This document shows positions 51,860 through 64,000 of a stretch of 64,000 nt of DNA, piece after piece. The DNA comes from Octopus vulgaris (taxonomy: Eukaryota), in assembly GCA_951406725.2 (NCBI GenBank), contig OX597818.1, positions 106,764,001-106,828,000 on the forward strand, in the 5' to 3' direction. Below the pieces are notes generated by a model. That model was not told the DNA's origin. It did not search any database and saw only the letters and a program-made list of their open reading frames with translations. The first letter of the stretch is position 1. Each line of letters opens with the position of its first letter. The position numbers and the translations under genes were made by a program.

Positions 51860-52419
51860 CACACAATTCTATCAGATGAGCAATCAAAATACAGAACTGA
51901 TTTCATTTTCTCGAAAATAGTCAGAAATACAAATTCTGTAGAATGAATCCAAAACAGATTTACTTTCTTCTTTGTGTTTGCACTAACCACAAATCCATTA
52001 TACGAGAGCTGTGATGTCACATTGCAGAGACCTTTGAGCTACACACCCTATTTGCCCTTTGGGAGAATCCTATTTTGGCTACTTGTACTTGCAATCATAC
52101 ATTTTTGGTCACTATTCAAGAGTCATAACCATAAAGAAAGCATTTGGGATCAATGAATTGCTCCTTATTGCTGTCAAGTCCCTAACGTTTGTGTTTTCAG
52201 GTAAACAGTGCTAAGCTGAAACCTTTCAAATTGTGAATTGTTCTGAAGCAGCAAACATTGAAGACCCCTGTTATTATTTCTTCTTTTTCCCTAATCTTTA
52301 TCAATTGGACTAACTGCACATCTGAATGAAAAGTGGGATTGAAACCAATCTGTGTGGAATTAATTGGCTGATATTTAAAGTTGACAGGTTACTACTAAGC
52401 TCCTCAGATATTCACCACC

Positions 52420-52930
52420 ACCACTACCGCCGCCGCCACCACCACCACCGCCATCATTTAACTGTCTATTTTCCCTGCTGCCTATTTCTTTATTTCCCAC
52501 AAGGGGCTAAACACAGAGGGGACAAACAAGGACAGACACACGGATTAAGTTGATTACATCGACCCCTGTGCGTAACTGGTACTTAATTTATTGACCCCAA
52601 AAGGATGAAAGGCAAAGTCAACGGCGGCAGAATTTGAACTCGGAATGTAACGGCAGACGAAATATGGTTGCGCATTTCGCCCGGCGTGCTAACGATTCTG
52701 CCAGCTCGCCGCCTTCCCTGCTGTCATGGGTTCGATGGTTTCACAGGAGCTGGCAAGGCTGGAGAGTTGCACCAGGCTCCATTCGTCCGTTATGGCTTGG
52801 TTTCTACAGCTGAATGCTCTTCCTAATGCCAACCACTTTACAGAGTAGCACTGGGTGCTTTTTATGTGGTGCTAGCAAGGGAGCTTTCTACATGGTGCTA
52901 GCATGAAAGCTTTTCATGCGGCACCAGTAT
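52420..52930 (-). mobile_element. Family C copy interrupted by a family B SINE
   Basis: The tail at 52420-52480 resumes at 52724. Confidence 0.75.
52481..52713 (-). mobile_element. SINE family B, young, full length, 10-bp TSD
   Basis: TSD ttccctgctg at 52471-52480 and 52714-52723. Confidence 0.9.
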
Positions 52931-53286
52931 TAGTGCTGTAGTGTGTTAGATAGGTTCCCTAACAAGTTCTGTAAAGCAGGACTGAAGATCCCTTTCATAG
53001 AACCTGCCTCAATGGTTCTCTCAAGACAACATGTACAGAATGGATTGCATGTCAGAGGAATTCCATAAAAATAGATAAAGAAACTTTGGCATCTTTGGGC
53101 TATTTTCCCAAGTGGATGGCAGGAAGAGATTGAACAGAATGCAAGTACAGAGATAGGAGAAAGGGCTGAACCCACTAAATTCAGTTGTGATCTTGTGTTT
53201 ACCATAATCTATGGTCATGCAATTTTGGAAGTAATCAAAAGCGTATGAGTATGTAGAAAAGCAGCTGAATTGTTTCATATATGTAC

Positions 53287-53342
<56 letters not shown>

Positions 53343-53401
53343 ATGTTTATATATATGTATATATATATATATGTATATATATATATCTTTTACATATATA
53401 T

Positions 53402-53880
53402 AATAGAAATATGTTACAAAAAGAAAATAGAAACTACACGCGGTAATGTAAGGGGAAAGTAAGAAAAATAAACGAAAATACACATTGTAAATAAAAAAAA
53501 AGTAAAGGCTTTTTATGCAAAGTAACGAAAGATATATACAATTAGATGAACTGAAGTAGGAATAGAAGTAATAAAAGTCATTATTGTGAAATCATTAAAG
53601 AGATTCAAGCATACCGGTTTCGTAAGTTACTAATCATTGCTTTGAATACAACTATTCATTGCTTTGAATGAACACCGGAGTTCCTGAGAAAAAAGATTAT
53701 TTGTAAGGGAGGTAATGTGAATGGTGTAAGGGATGTATGGGGGTTAGTGGTATTAATTGAAAGATTAGTAGTGTTCTGTATTATGTTATGTGTTCATATT
53801 GAGTTGGGGAAGATATTTATTGATGAAAGTTGCTTCTTTATTCATTCTTTGTTGCATTGAGGTGTTCTGTGAACATTGAG
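53402..53880 (-). mobile_element. Penelope-like element 3' end between (TA)n arrays
   Basis: QQRMNKEATFINKYLPQLN fits the GIY-YIG C-terminal R..KE..FI....P.LN pattern; a downstream hammerhead-like motif follows. Confidence 0.7.
53603..53647 (-). ncRNA. Minimal type I hammerhead-ribozyme-like motif, variant core (A3-U8)
   Basis: Minus strand: stem I attca(a)agca / tgcttgaat; core AUGAUUA; stem II gtaa-c-ttac; GAA; palindromic stem III ACCGGU; GUA site at 53614-53612. Confidence 0.65.
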
Positions 53881-53953
53881 TATATATATATATGTATATA
53901 TAAGAGAAAAAAAATCTATCAGAAAGGAACTCTATCTCTCTTAAAAAAAAAAA

Positions 53954-53993
53954 TCTTTTGATAAGCATAACAAATGCGCAACCGGTAAAAAGA
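53954..53993 (+). ncRNA. Minimal hammerhead-like motif, U3-A8 core, probably inactivated (A13C)
   Basis: Core UUGAUAA at 53958-53964; stem II gcat-aacaa-atgc; GCA instead of GAA; ACCGGU palindrome; GUA site; weak stem I. Confidence 0.5.
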
Positions 53994-54057
53994 ACTTTCA
54001 CCTAATTAAATACACTCTCCCTTACTTAAATTATTTTGTCAGCATTTTCTTCATTTC

Positions 54058-54095
<38 letters not shown>

Positions 54096-54103
54096 CATAT
54101 ATT

Positions 54104-54390
54104 TATCATGATTGTGATCATGTGATAAACAAGACTATCAGATGCTGTTATTCATCATTGCCCACAATGCGCTCTGCATCATTTGAGCTTTCAAATGATG
54201 CCTCCCCACTGGCTAGGTGAGCAGACCAACGTTATCCATGACTGGAAGCCTGTCACGGGCATTGACAGGTGAATGGACTGCGGCAATGTGAAATAAAGTG
54301 TTTTGCTCAAGAACACAATTTGTTGCCTGGTCTGGAAATCGGACCCATGATCTAGTAGACATGAGTGCAATATGCTAACCACTAGGCCAC
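54104..54390 (-). mobile_element. tRNA-headed SINE sharing head and core with family D, different tail
   Basis: ctaaccactaggccac head; caatgtgaaataaagtgttttgctcaagaacac core. Confidence 0.7.
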
Positions 54391-55234
54391 ACACACACAC
54401 ACGTTTCTCTGTGTGTGTGTGTATCTAAAGGAGTGTGTGTATAAGTGTTTCTTGTCCTAATCTTTGCGGATTAAAAACAAAGTCCTTACTCACAAGAGCC
54501 TTGTCATTTGTTGACAGTCTCCTGCAACACAACTGGGGGGAAAAAAAGAACAAAAAGCCATCGTACTGTTTGTTAGTTGAAAAGCTTGGGGAATATTACT
54601 TTATTGGAAAGAGTGAGACTTGGTGACAGGAGATACATATATTTATGTGTATACGTTCGTGTGTGTGTGTGTGTGTGTGTGGATATGTGCACATATTATA
54701 AATGAAGTCTCACACGTACCCGCATACATTCATGAAGAAGTACACACACACATTTAAATACAAATATCACCAATTTCAGTGTTTCCTAATTGATACTTTA
54801 ATATTGTTGTTTTATTGAAGGAAATGCAAGTGGTATTAGCTGTGGGAAGTTTTGTCAAAATGTATCCCAGGGAGCGAAAGTGAAGGCGGGAAAGGGAAGA
54901 AAAGAGAGAGAGGGAGAGAGAGGGAGAGGAAGGGAGGGAGCATGCAAAGGAAGGAGAGAAAGAGAGAAAGTGACACACAGAGCATATAATCAACAAAACT
55001 CTTGTATTTTGTGTTGTTTGGTGCCAAGTAAATTGATGGAGTAAATCTAACTGCAAAATAAAGTGGTTTTTGTGAAGTTTCTCTGTTGAAGTATTGTTTT
55101 AAGTGGTTTGCTATTAAGTTGGTAGAAATAAAGTGGTGGCAGCAGTGGAAGCAGCGGTGGTAGTGATGGTGGATTGGGGGAGGTGGGGCTTGTTTGGTGG
55201 CAGCAGCAATGGTCGAGCTTCAAATGCAATACCT

Positions 55235-55461
55235 ATTTCTTTACTACCCACAAGGGGCTAAACACATAGAGGAGAAACAAGGACAGACAAATGGATTAAG
55301 TCGATTACATCGACACCAGTGCATAACTGGTACTTAATTTATCGACCCCGAAAGGATGAAAGGCAAAGTCGACCTCGGTGGAATTTGAACTCAGAACGCA
55401 GCGGTGGACGAAATACCACAGAGCATTTCGCCCGGCGTGCTAACGTTTCTGCCAGCTCGCC
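55235..55461 (-). mobile_element. SINE family B, young, full length, TSD
   Basis: tgcaatacct at 55225-55234 and 55462-55471; near-identical to 52481-52713. Confidence 0.9.
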
Positions 55462-56463
55462 TGCAATACCTTCTGGTATTTGTTTCAGTCCTGAGATTTT
55501 GGATGGTAGATGTAACCACTTATGATCCCCTGGCCTGCGCATACTAAGCTTCACTCCATTTCAAGCATTCAGTGCAAGTTCTCTTCCTCCTTGGAATCTC
55601 TGAATCCATCGAATCACACACTACTTTCATCGCACCAAAGATGTTGAATAATGGAAGCCTATTTTTCATTGTTTAATGAAAAAGTCAAGGACAGCATCCA
55701 TTACATTTTACCTAACTTGTGTAATTTGATAATCCTTCAGATCATTACAACAAACCTTATTCTTGCTTAACATCTTCCTCCTCCTATTTCCCTCTACCTT
55801 TCCAATGATTCGAAGCCAATTGCTTCCACCTTTCACAGCTTTCCTCCACTTAAAGAAATGTTTATTAAGAAATAGACTAATCAGCTTCTAAATGATGCTG
55901 TCATGGGCCCCCAGTATCTCTCCGTAGCGATTACAGGTTGTAATAGCAGAAAACAGTGGCAAACAGCAACTGGTTGTCAACTGCTTACAAATAACAATTA
56001 TCTTCTGCTTTCTAACTGAATTTCCATCTCCTGATATGAAATATCTTGCATGTTTTATTTCTTTTAATTCATTCTGCAGTGAAGTGGATCTGATATAGAC
56101 CCCGGCAAAGATAACACTTTCACTGATTCACTTAGCAGATGTACCTCTATACAATACTCTCCTGAAAGCAGAGATTTACAGATGTTTTTCGTATTATTCT
56201 GAGATTCAATACTTGAGAAAGAAGAAAAACTTGATGGCTATGAGCTGCAGTAACTTTATTCATAGAATGCTCAGTCTGGGTTGACAGAATCTAAACAGCA
56301 TTGAGACATTATACTGTGTAATATTCCAAGCAAATCTACTCACAGCGAGAAGCACATATAAGATGAGGGCTATCACATGATCTCACTCACCAAGTACAGA
56401 ACACATGGAGTAGCAACATTCATAGCCACAAAAGAACAAACAGATGCGCACACAAAAGTGCAT

Positions 56464-56517
<54 letters not shown>

Positions 56518-57539
56518 TAGCATGCTACTGCTGGATACATCCCTCTTCAGGCCTTTTCTTGTCCATTGCCATTCTTGTCCAAACAAGTCTTGTACTTTCC
56601 CTCATCTCTTTCCGGTATTCTTCAATAACGTATCTCAATTTCTTTTTCTGTCTACTCCTCCTTCCCAATCCATCTTGCGATGTCCCTTCTGAGATTATTT
56701 TTTCCCTCTATTCCAGATAAATAGTCTGTCTTTCTCTGCTGTGTTTTTGCTATTTCCTCAAACGTATCTTTATCCGCTGTCTCTCTTATCTCTAAACACA
56801 ATTCTCTCTTTCAATCCAACTTTCCAGCTTCCTCCTCCTTTCCATAGCCTATTGCATTATTTTTGTTTCCCCCTTCATCCATCAGCTCGTCTTCTGTGTT
56901 CAGTTTCCATGTACCTCTGTTGGCAACAAACATACTTTGCTAGAAAACTTTCCTTGTTATCGACAGAGGTAATTTCTTGCTGCAAAAGAGAAACCGAAAA
57001 CAACAGAAACCACTCTTCTTTGCTTTTTGCATCCTGGCAAAAGCCTTTAATCATACATCTTGAGATGTGTAGTGGTGGTTTACTGGGAGCTGGGTCATTT
57101 GGTCTGGCTGAGTGCCACTTCCAAATAAAGCCAATCACAATGTTTAGACTTTATTTACATGTTTATTTGCAGATTGATGTTACAATTTTTATTTGGCAAA
57201 ATAGTTATGCTGAATAGCAGCAGCGGCCATGTGGGAACGTATGATTAACAAGAGGAGAAAATGCTACGTCTTCATGCTTGCTGAGAGATGATCTTCTTAC
57301 ATGAGGCTGAAGAGGCAGAGCCTCTTGTAGAGGTTTTCTTGATTAGCCAAGAAAACCTCAATGCTGTGCACCTTGATTTATAACCATAATCAGGTATGAA
57401 ACCGCATGGAATTTTCCTTTACACTTCATACTGCACAAATGACCCAAAATGACAATCGACTGGAATATGGGCCAATATTACCTGATAAGAATACTCACTG
57501 CTAATTATGGAAATTTATATGCTGTGGTCTTTCCTACTT

Positions 57540-58400
57540 ATTAAACTGATAGGGTTTTCAAATGTCAAGTACGGCTATAAATACCACATATGTTTTTCTT
57601 CGATATTTTGGTCATCCAGACCACTTCATGGGTCAAGCACTACATAATGGTATGTCAAGTTACGTTTTTCATTATAACACCTTCCTGAACAATTTCTAAT
57701 TATTTGTGGATTGAACCATAGTTGCAATCCTTCTCATACTTGGCTGTGAAACCTTTTCTCCTTCAGACAATCCAGTTTTTGACATCAGATACCATTATGA
57801 TGATGGATTATTTAACAATTGCCAGATTTCCATCTCATCACCTGACCAACATCCAATACATCTCAGAGTTTCTATATAAATGGATGGTAAAGCTATTCTT
57901 TGTCTCACACCCATTGGAAAATCTGGAAATCTATCAACAACTTCACCAGTGCATATCATTCCTTCAGCCTCTCTGAATATCAAGATGACCAAAATCTTTG
58001 CTTAACTTCTCTAAAGACCAGTCTCCCTGAATTCAACATCCCCATCTCTGATACACTTCTTTACCATGTTGATTGCTTTCCCCATCTTAAAAGTCTTCTT
58101 TCCAACAAATGCAATTCTGAAAATGATCTGGAGAATAGAATTGGATGAGCTCATTCAATATTAAGAAAACTGGCAAAATATGTCTAAGAGAAAAAAAATA
58201 TATAATCTCTTCCATCACCCAAATAAAAATTGATGGTTAACTAAACTGTTGTCACTTCTATATTATTATACCACAGTGAAGCATGGACAATTTCTCATTG
58301 GAACTTCAAAATACAAAGACATTGAGTGAGCCACATCAATAACAATGCTGTTCAAGAAAAAGCCAACAGTCAAAGCATTGGAATGACAACCATGAAACAT
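57540..58400 (+). mobile_element. Degenerate RTE (BovB-like) RT region
   Basis: In order: LRYFGHPDHF..ALHNGM, DGLFN, ISEFLY (YADD region), NNFTSAYHSFSL, LYHVDCFPHL..LLS...ENDLENRIG, ILLYHSEAWTI. Confidence 0.65.
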
Positions 58401-58819
58401 TGACCGTGATCGTCAGCAAACAGGTTAGAATCGGACAAGGGAGATCACTGGGTCGAATTTCCTTCCATAGTAATGAAGACCAGCTAAAGTCAATCCAGGA
58501 AAGAAATGGAAACGAGATGAATGAAAGCGAAGGAAATTGAAGTCAAGAATTATTCCAAATTGTGTCAGTCTATCTCTACTGGAACCAAAATTTCTGAAGT
58601 GAAAGAAAAAAGAAAAGTTGAAGAAAGACATGAATTCAAGCCTTGAATAATAACAGCCACAGACTGTATCATGTCTTTCTTGCTTTTTTGGTTCCTGACG
58701 ATTTCATCTGAGGATTGGCCATCTCGAAAAAGACTGAAATTCTCTGGGCACAAGAATCAGCTGATGATGCTGATCTGTGTGTGTTTGTGTGTGTGTGTGT
58801 TTCATTAGCTCACTTTGCA

Positions 58820-59575
58820 ACTGATTGGATCCAGTCTTGATGTGCAGCTCCTTCAACAAGTCTCTCCTGCTTTTGGTTGATTAATGCTTTGTGAGTGAAG
58901 TTGGTAGATGGAAAATGTGTGAAGCCCAGTGAATATATATGCATATGCATGTGTGTGTCTGTATGTGTGCGTGCCTTTGTGTTTGTGCTTTTTCCTTTCC
59001 TGTAACTTTGCAGTTTGGCAAAAAGAAATCAATAAAAGGCTGTGTGGTAAGTAGCTTGCTTACCAACCACATGGTTCTAGATTCATTCCCACTATGTGGC
59101 ACCTTGGGCAAGTGTCTTCTACTATAGCCTCGGGCTGACCAAAGCCTTGTGAGTGGATTTGGTAGACAGAAACTGAAAGAAGCCCGTCTTATATAGTATA
59201 TATATATATATATATATATGTGTATGTGTGTGTATATGTTTGTGTGTCTGTGTTTGTCCCTCCCCCAACATCGCTTGACAACCGATGCTGGTGTGTTTAC
59301 GTCCTCGTAACATATCGGTTCGGCAAAAGAGACCGATAGAATAAGTACTAGGCTTACAAAGAATAAGTCCTGGGGTCGATTTGCTCGACTAAAGGCAGTG
59401 CTCCAGCATGGCCACAGTCAAATGACTGAAACAAGTGAAAGAGTAAAAGAGTAGGCTAAAAACTAAGTGCCAGAGTAATTTTGATTGACCAAAACTATCA
59501 AGGTGGTGCTCCTGCATTGCCAGAGCCCAACGACGGAAACACATAAAACTGTATAAAAATAAAAGTATAAAAGAT
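58820..59575 (+). mobile_element. Old family A SINE hosting a younger copy
   Basis: Degenerate body at 58820-59041 continues at 59453-59575 (aaggtggtgctcctgcat). Confidence 0.7.
59042..59452 (+). mobile_element. SINE family A, young, near full length
   Basis: Complete body with a gagtaaaa tail; aggct repeated at 59037-59041 and 59453-59457. Confidence 0.9.
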
Positions 59576-59641
59576 ATATATATATATATATATGTCTATC
59601 CTTTCATTGGTTTTAAACATCTCCTTCACACACACACATAC

Positions 59642-59701
<60 letters not shown>

Positions 59702-59856
59702 GTATACATTCATGTATGGATGTATGTATGCATATACATATAAATCTACATATTTAGAAATATAATCACATATTCCAATACTCATTGATTCGTTTATATT
59801 CTGAAAGAGACATGATGTAAATATACATTTTTATTTAAAATACATGAAAATATGCT

Positions 59857-59893
<37 letters not shown>

Positions 59894-60234
59894 TTATAAA
59901 CAGATGTACATACACAGACATACATAATGTACAAATATATACATGTTACATATATAAATACAAATATACTCATATATATACATATTGTACATAATATCAC
60001 ATTAATATACATATATGTACACACACACACACACATATATATATATTCTTATATACACTATATAATACACTGTATGTCTGCATGTGTGAGTGTGTATGTG
60101 TGTGTTTATGTATGTATGTGTGTATGTGAACATGTATGTCTATGTAAGTGCATGTGTGTTTATGTATGCGTATATATATCTTTGCGTGCATGTGTTTGTG
60201 TGCGTGTGTGTATGCATGCATGTGTGTGTATGGA

Positions 60235-60266
<32 letters not shown>

Positions 60267-60270
60267 CACA
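59575..60270. repeat. Compound (TA)/(CA)/(TG) low-complexity tract
   Basis: Alternating purine-pyrimidine repeats. Confidence 0.85.
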
Positions 60271-60743
60271 TAACTCCCTCACAAGAACTTCCCATTGCCA
60301 TACATTATGTCAGTAACATATGTTTAAGTAATGCAATTGATCAAATTTTTGAAAGTTATGTTTCTATTTCCTGCAGTTTCTTGTAGCAGACATCTCTATG
60401 GAATGCTCTAGAAATTCACTTACTCTATTTTTACTGACATCACTAAAACTTGTCATTTCTCTTAATAAAAAAAAAGAAAAAAAAGATGAATATTATTGCC
60501 ATGACTTGATATTACATCAAGTGAGTTCACATCGTTTAATGTGAATTTCTGCATTTCCTTTGACTTGTTAAACAGTATTGAATGAGTTAAGAATGGTAGA
60601 AGTACAGGGTGGGGTGCCAGGGAGACGTAAAGTCAGAGTAAAAAGTATTTGCTGGTGTCCTTCAGTTTGTGATTGGAATTAACTTTCTTTAGGTTTTCTA
60701 GTGAAAGACGGGAAAGGCATGAAGGCCATAAGTTTTATCCATT

Positions 60744-61144
60744 GTAGGAGTGATCGTGTGGTAAGTAGCTTGCTTACCAACCACATGGTTCCGGGTTCAG
60801 TCCCACTGCGTGGCACCTTGGGCAAGTGTCTTCTACTATAGCCTCGGGCCAACCAAAGCCTTTTGAGTGGATTTGGTAGACGGAAACTGAAAGAAGCCCG
60901 TCATATATATGTGTGTGTGCTTGTGTGTCTGTGTTTGTCCCCACCTAACATTGCTTGACAACCGATGCTGGTGTGCTTACGTCCCCGTAAACTTAGTGGT
61001 TTGGCAAAAGAGACCAATAGAATAAGTACTAGGCTTCCAAAAAATAAGTCCTGGGGTTGATATGCTCGACTAAATGTGGTGCTCCAGCATGGCCACAGTC
61101 AAATGACTGAAACAAGTAGAAGAGAGTAAAGAGAGTAAAAAGAG
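60744..61144 (+). mobile_element. SINE family A, young, full length
   Basis: Near-identical to 59042-59452. Confidence 0.9.
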
Positions 61145-61254
61145 TGTCAGTTAACTTAGAATTAAACGAATTGATCAAATGTTAATGGTTACCTTTTTTT
61201 TTTTGTCAGGTATTGTATATTGGGGAATCTATTTATTAGAGCTCCTGTGGCAGA

Positions 61255-61848
61255 GGGGAAGGTTTGGTTAAGGAGCTCACATTGCAATCAATTTGGTTTC
61301 AGGTTCAGTCCTACGGCATGGCACCTTGGCTATTACCTCCAACTACAGCTCTAAGCTGATCAATGATCAAGAATGGATTTTGTAGACAGAAATTGTGTGG
61401 AAGCTCAATGTGTGTGTGTGTGTCAGTGAGTATGTGTGTGCACTTGTGTGTATGACTCTGTGTGTGTGCATCAGTGAGTATGTGTGCACACTTGTGTGTG
61501 TGAGTGTGTGTATGTGAGTGTGTATGTGTGTGTGTATATGTATATGTATGAGTCTGTGTATGTTTGTGTGTGTGTATGTATAGTTGCTTGTATGTGTATG
61601 TACATGTGCTTGTGCATGTCTGCCATCCCTGCTTGACAACCAGTGTTGGTTTGTTAATGTCCCTCCTCATAAGTTAGGGGTTCCAGCCAAAAGAAACCAA
61701 TTGAATCAGTTCCAGACTTCAAAAGAATAACAAGATCTGGGGTTGATTTGTTCATTTGAATCCTTCAGTTGAGTGCTCCAGCATGTCCATAGCCAAATGA
61801 GAAAAACAAGTAAAAAGATGAAAGATGAAAGATGAAAGATGAAAGATG
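61255..61848 (+). mobile_element. Old family A-related SINE with expanded internal (TG)-rich tract and (GATGAAA)n tail
   Basis: ggttcagtcc..ggcaccttgg; gcttgacaaccagtgttgg; gtgctccagcatg; 7-bp tail repeats. Confidence 0.7.
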
Positions 61849-64000
61849 TAAATCCATTACAGTTTTGTTTAATTCATATTCGACAACCATGCTGGAGCAA
61901 TTCTACATTTTGTGTGTTTGGTTTCGGCCACCCCAGTGATTGCCAAGCTAGAAACAGTGTTTTTATGGTTTTTCTTTTCTTTTTTGTTATCTTAAAGAAT
62001 GAATTGTTTTGTTTATTATTTGTTGGATGAATGAGTTAAAGGAGGCAGTTCCATCATGTCTTTTACATGATTGGTCTTGGAACAAAGGATAGAAGTCCAT
62101 CTCAGGGTAACTTTCATTAAAATTTTTAGCTTTTTCTAAAAAACTATTCCATAATCGTATTCCTTTTAAAGGTTAAAATAATTGTAGTCGTGAAGCATGA
62201 ACGTGAAGAAAAAATGCTCGGATTTTGCTATTATCCCATCATTCGTCTGCTTCTTTCCTTTATGATATGCACCTTGTGTTAATGAGAATGTGAAGGTCCT
62301 TACTTATTCACATGCAGAAACCTTATAAACTGTCGACTATTTATAGAAAGTAATGTTGTCTTAACATTGGCTGACTGAGATGAATTATGTCATACCACAC
62401 ACAGTATATAACATGGATGTATAACATATTATGTTATGTGTTTTCTGGAATTAGACACGAACCACTTACATCAAGTAACTGATTTCATTTATCAAAACAC
62501 ACTATATCCCTGAACAATAGGTTTTATTAGTTATTTGATCTTTTAAGGACATCTAACGAGTTAATCAATGATTCACAGCATTTTTAGGCAGAAAATAAAA
62601 GGTTTTGTGTATTCAGCTATGAAACATTTTTGATATAACATTGAAGATGATTCCAAGAAGTGCTTCCAGAAGTTTGGTTCATACACTGATGGATGAACAC
62701 AGAAGCACTCATCTTGTGTGTGACTTTCAGAATCAGATGTCAAGAAGATGTGTACATTGCTGGTTTCAGCAAAGCCTGTGGTAATACAAATCTGAGTTCC
62801 AATATGCCGTAGTTTGTGTATATTTCAAAGAGTTCTGAGGTTGGAAAAAACTGCCCCTTACAGGATGACGGCAGATGTTTAAAATGAGATTTAAAATCAT
62901 TTTTAAAAACTGTGATAATTCTGAAATTTTTTATTTAAATGAAATTGAGGTGGGTCAAGGATACTATGTGAACTATTAACATCAGTAACATCAACAACAA
63001 AGATCACAGCCCTTCTTGAATAACAAGGGAAAATTTCTTATCTTTTATTTGTTTCAGTTACTTGACAAGGGGGGACTGAAAATGGATCTCTGATGAACTT
63101 GTACCTGTAAACTAAATTCATTGATGCTCATTGCTGACATTCACCTTACTGGCAGCATCCTTGTGCATGGCTTGTATACCTCTCAACAACCACTCATCTA
63201 TCCCAAGCTTCTGCATTGACCTCCAGATAAGGGAGCAGGGGTCTCCAAGTCAACAAAAGTTAAGTAGAGAGGTTTATTCTTGGCTAAATGCTTCTCTTGT
63301 AGTTGCCTTACCAGGAAGATAGTTCCAGCAGTACTTCTCCTTGGCACAGACTGAATTGCATCTCATCCAAGCTAACCTTGTCTCTCAATATCAGAGTGCA
63401 TTTATGTGGGTAAGTGTGTATATGTGTGAGTGTCTTTGTGCGAGTATGTGAGTGAATGTGTGTAAAAACACTTATGGAAATACTGAAATACTGTTGATTC
63501 AAGAGAGACAAATGCACCCCCCTCACACACACAAACTTGCACAGTGAAAGAGAAATATAATATTTGATACATTCATTTCAACTGAAAATTAAAGCGTGAT
63601 GAGGTTCCCTGATACATTAGATTCTGTTCAACTGTCCAACCCATTCCAGCATGGAAAGCAGATGCTAATTGATGCTGTAAATGTGTGTGTGTGTGCACAC
63701 GCATGTGTGTGAATATGTGCATGTGTGTATGCAGGTATGTGCATGTGTGTGTGTTTGTACATGTAAGTGTGAGATTGTGTGTATGTGGGTGCAAAAATAC
63801 ACAAACAAGTACACACACACACACACACACATACACATGTATATTGTAGGCAAAAAGGGGAATAAAATTTAGCAAGAACAAAACAAAGAACTCGAATGTA
63901 ACATCGTTTTTATTGGTTTGTTTTTCTTATCACTTATAGATTTTCTTTGAAAAGTGCATTGAACATCCAAACGAGATGACTAAGCTATTAAATCTCATGT

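Overview
AT-rich, repeat-saturated animal DNA. The SINE, RTE and Penelope repertoire plus dense (TA)n/(CA)n/(TATG)n/(CAT)n microsatellites look like an Octopus genome (recognised from memory of these repeat families, not from a search). I found no credible host protein-coding exon, rRNA, tRNA gene or CRISPR array, so this is probably a large intron or an intergenic region. Almost all listed ORFs are microsatellite artefacts or antisense to retroelements. Contents: three or four tRNA-headed SINE families; many 3' ends of RTE LINEs; fragments of RTE-X, RTE-BovB, CR1, Dong/R4, L1/Tx1 and Penelope-like elements (PLEs); a non-autonomous Helitron; and a piggyBac-type MITE. Most notable observations: (1) three minimal type I hammerhead-ribozyme-like motifs in short elements lying among (TA)n repeats, one clearly in a PLE 3' end, all replacing the canonical C3-G8 core pair with compensatory U3-A8 or A3-U8; (2) an ORF1-only (HAL1-like) non-LTR element whose 3' end matches the tail of one SINE family; (3) a PLE reverse-transcriptase frame interrupted only by TGA codons. 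Boundaries of degenerate elements are approximate.
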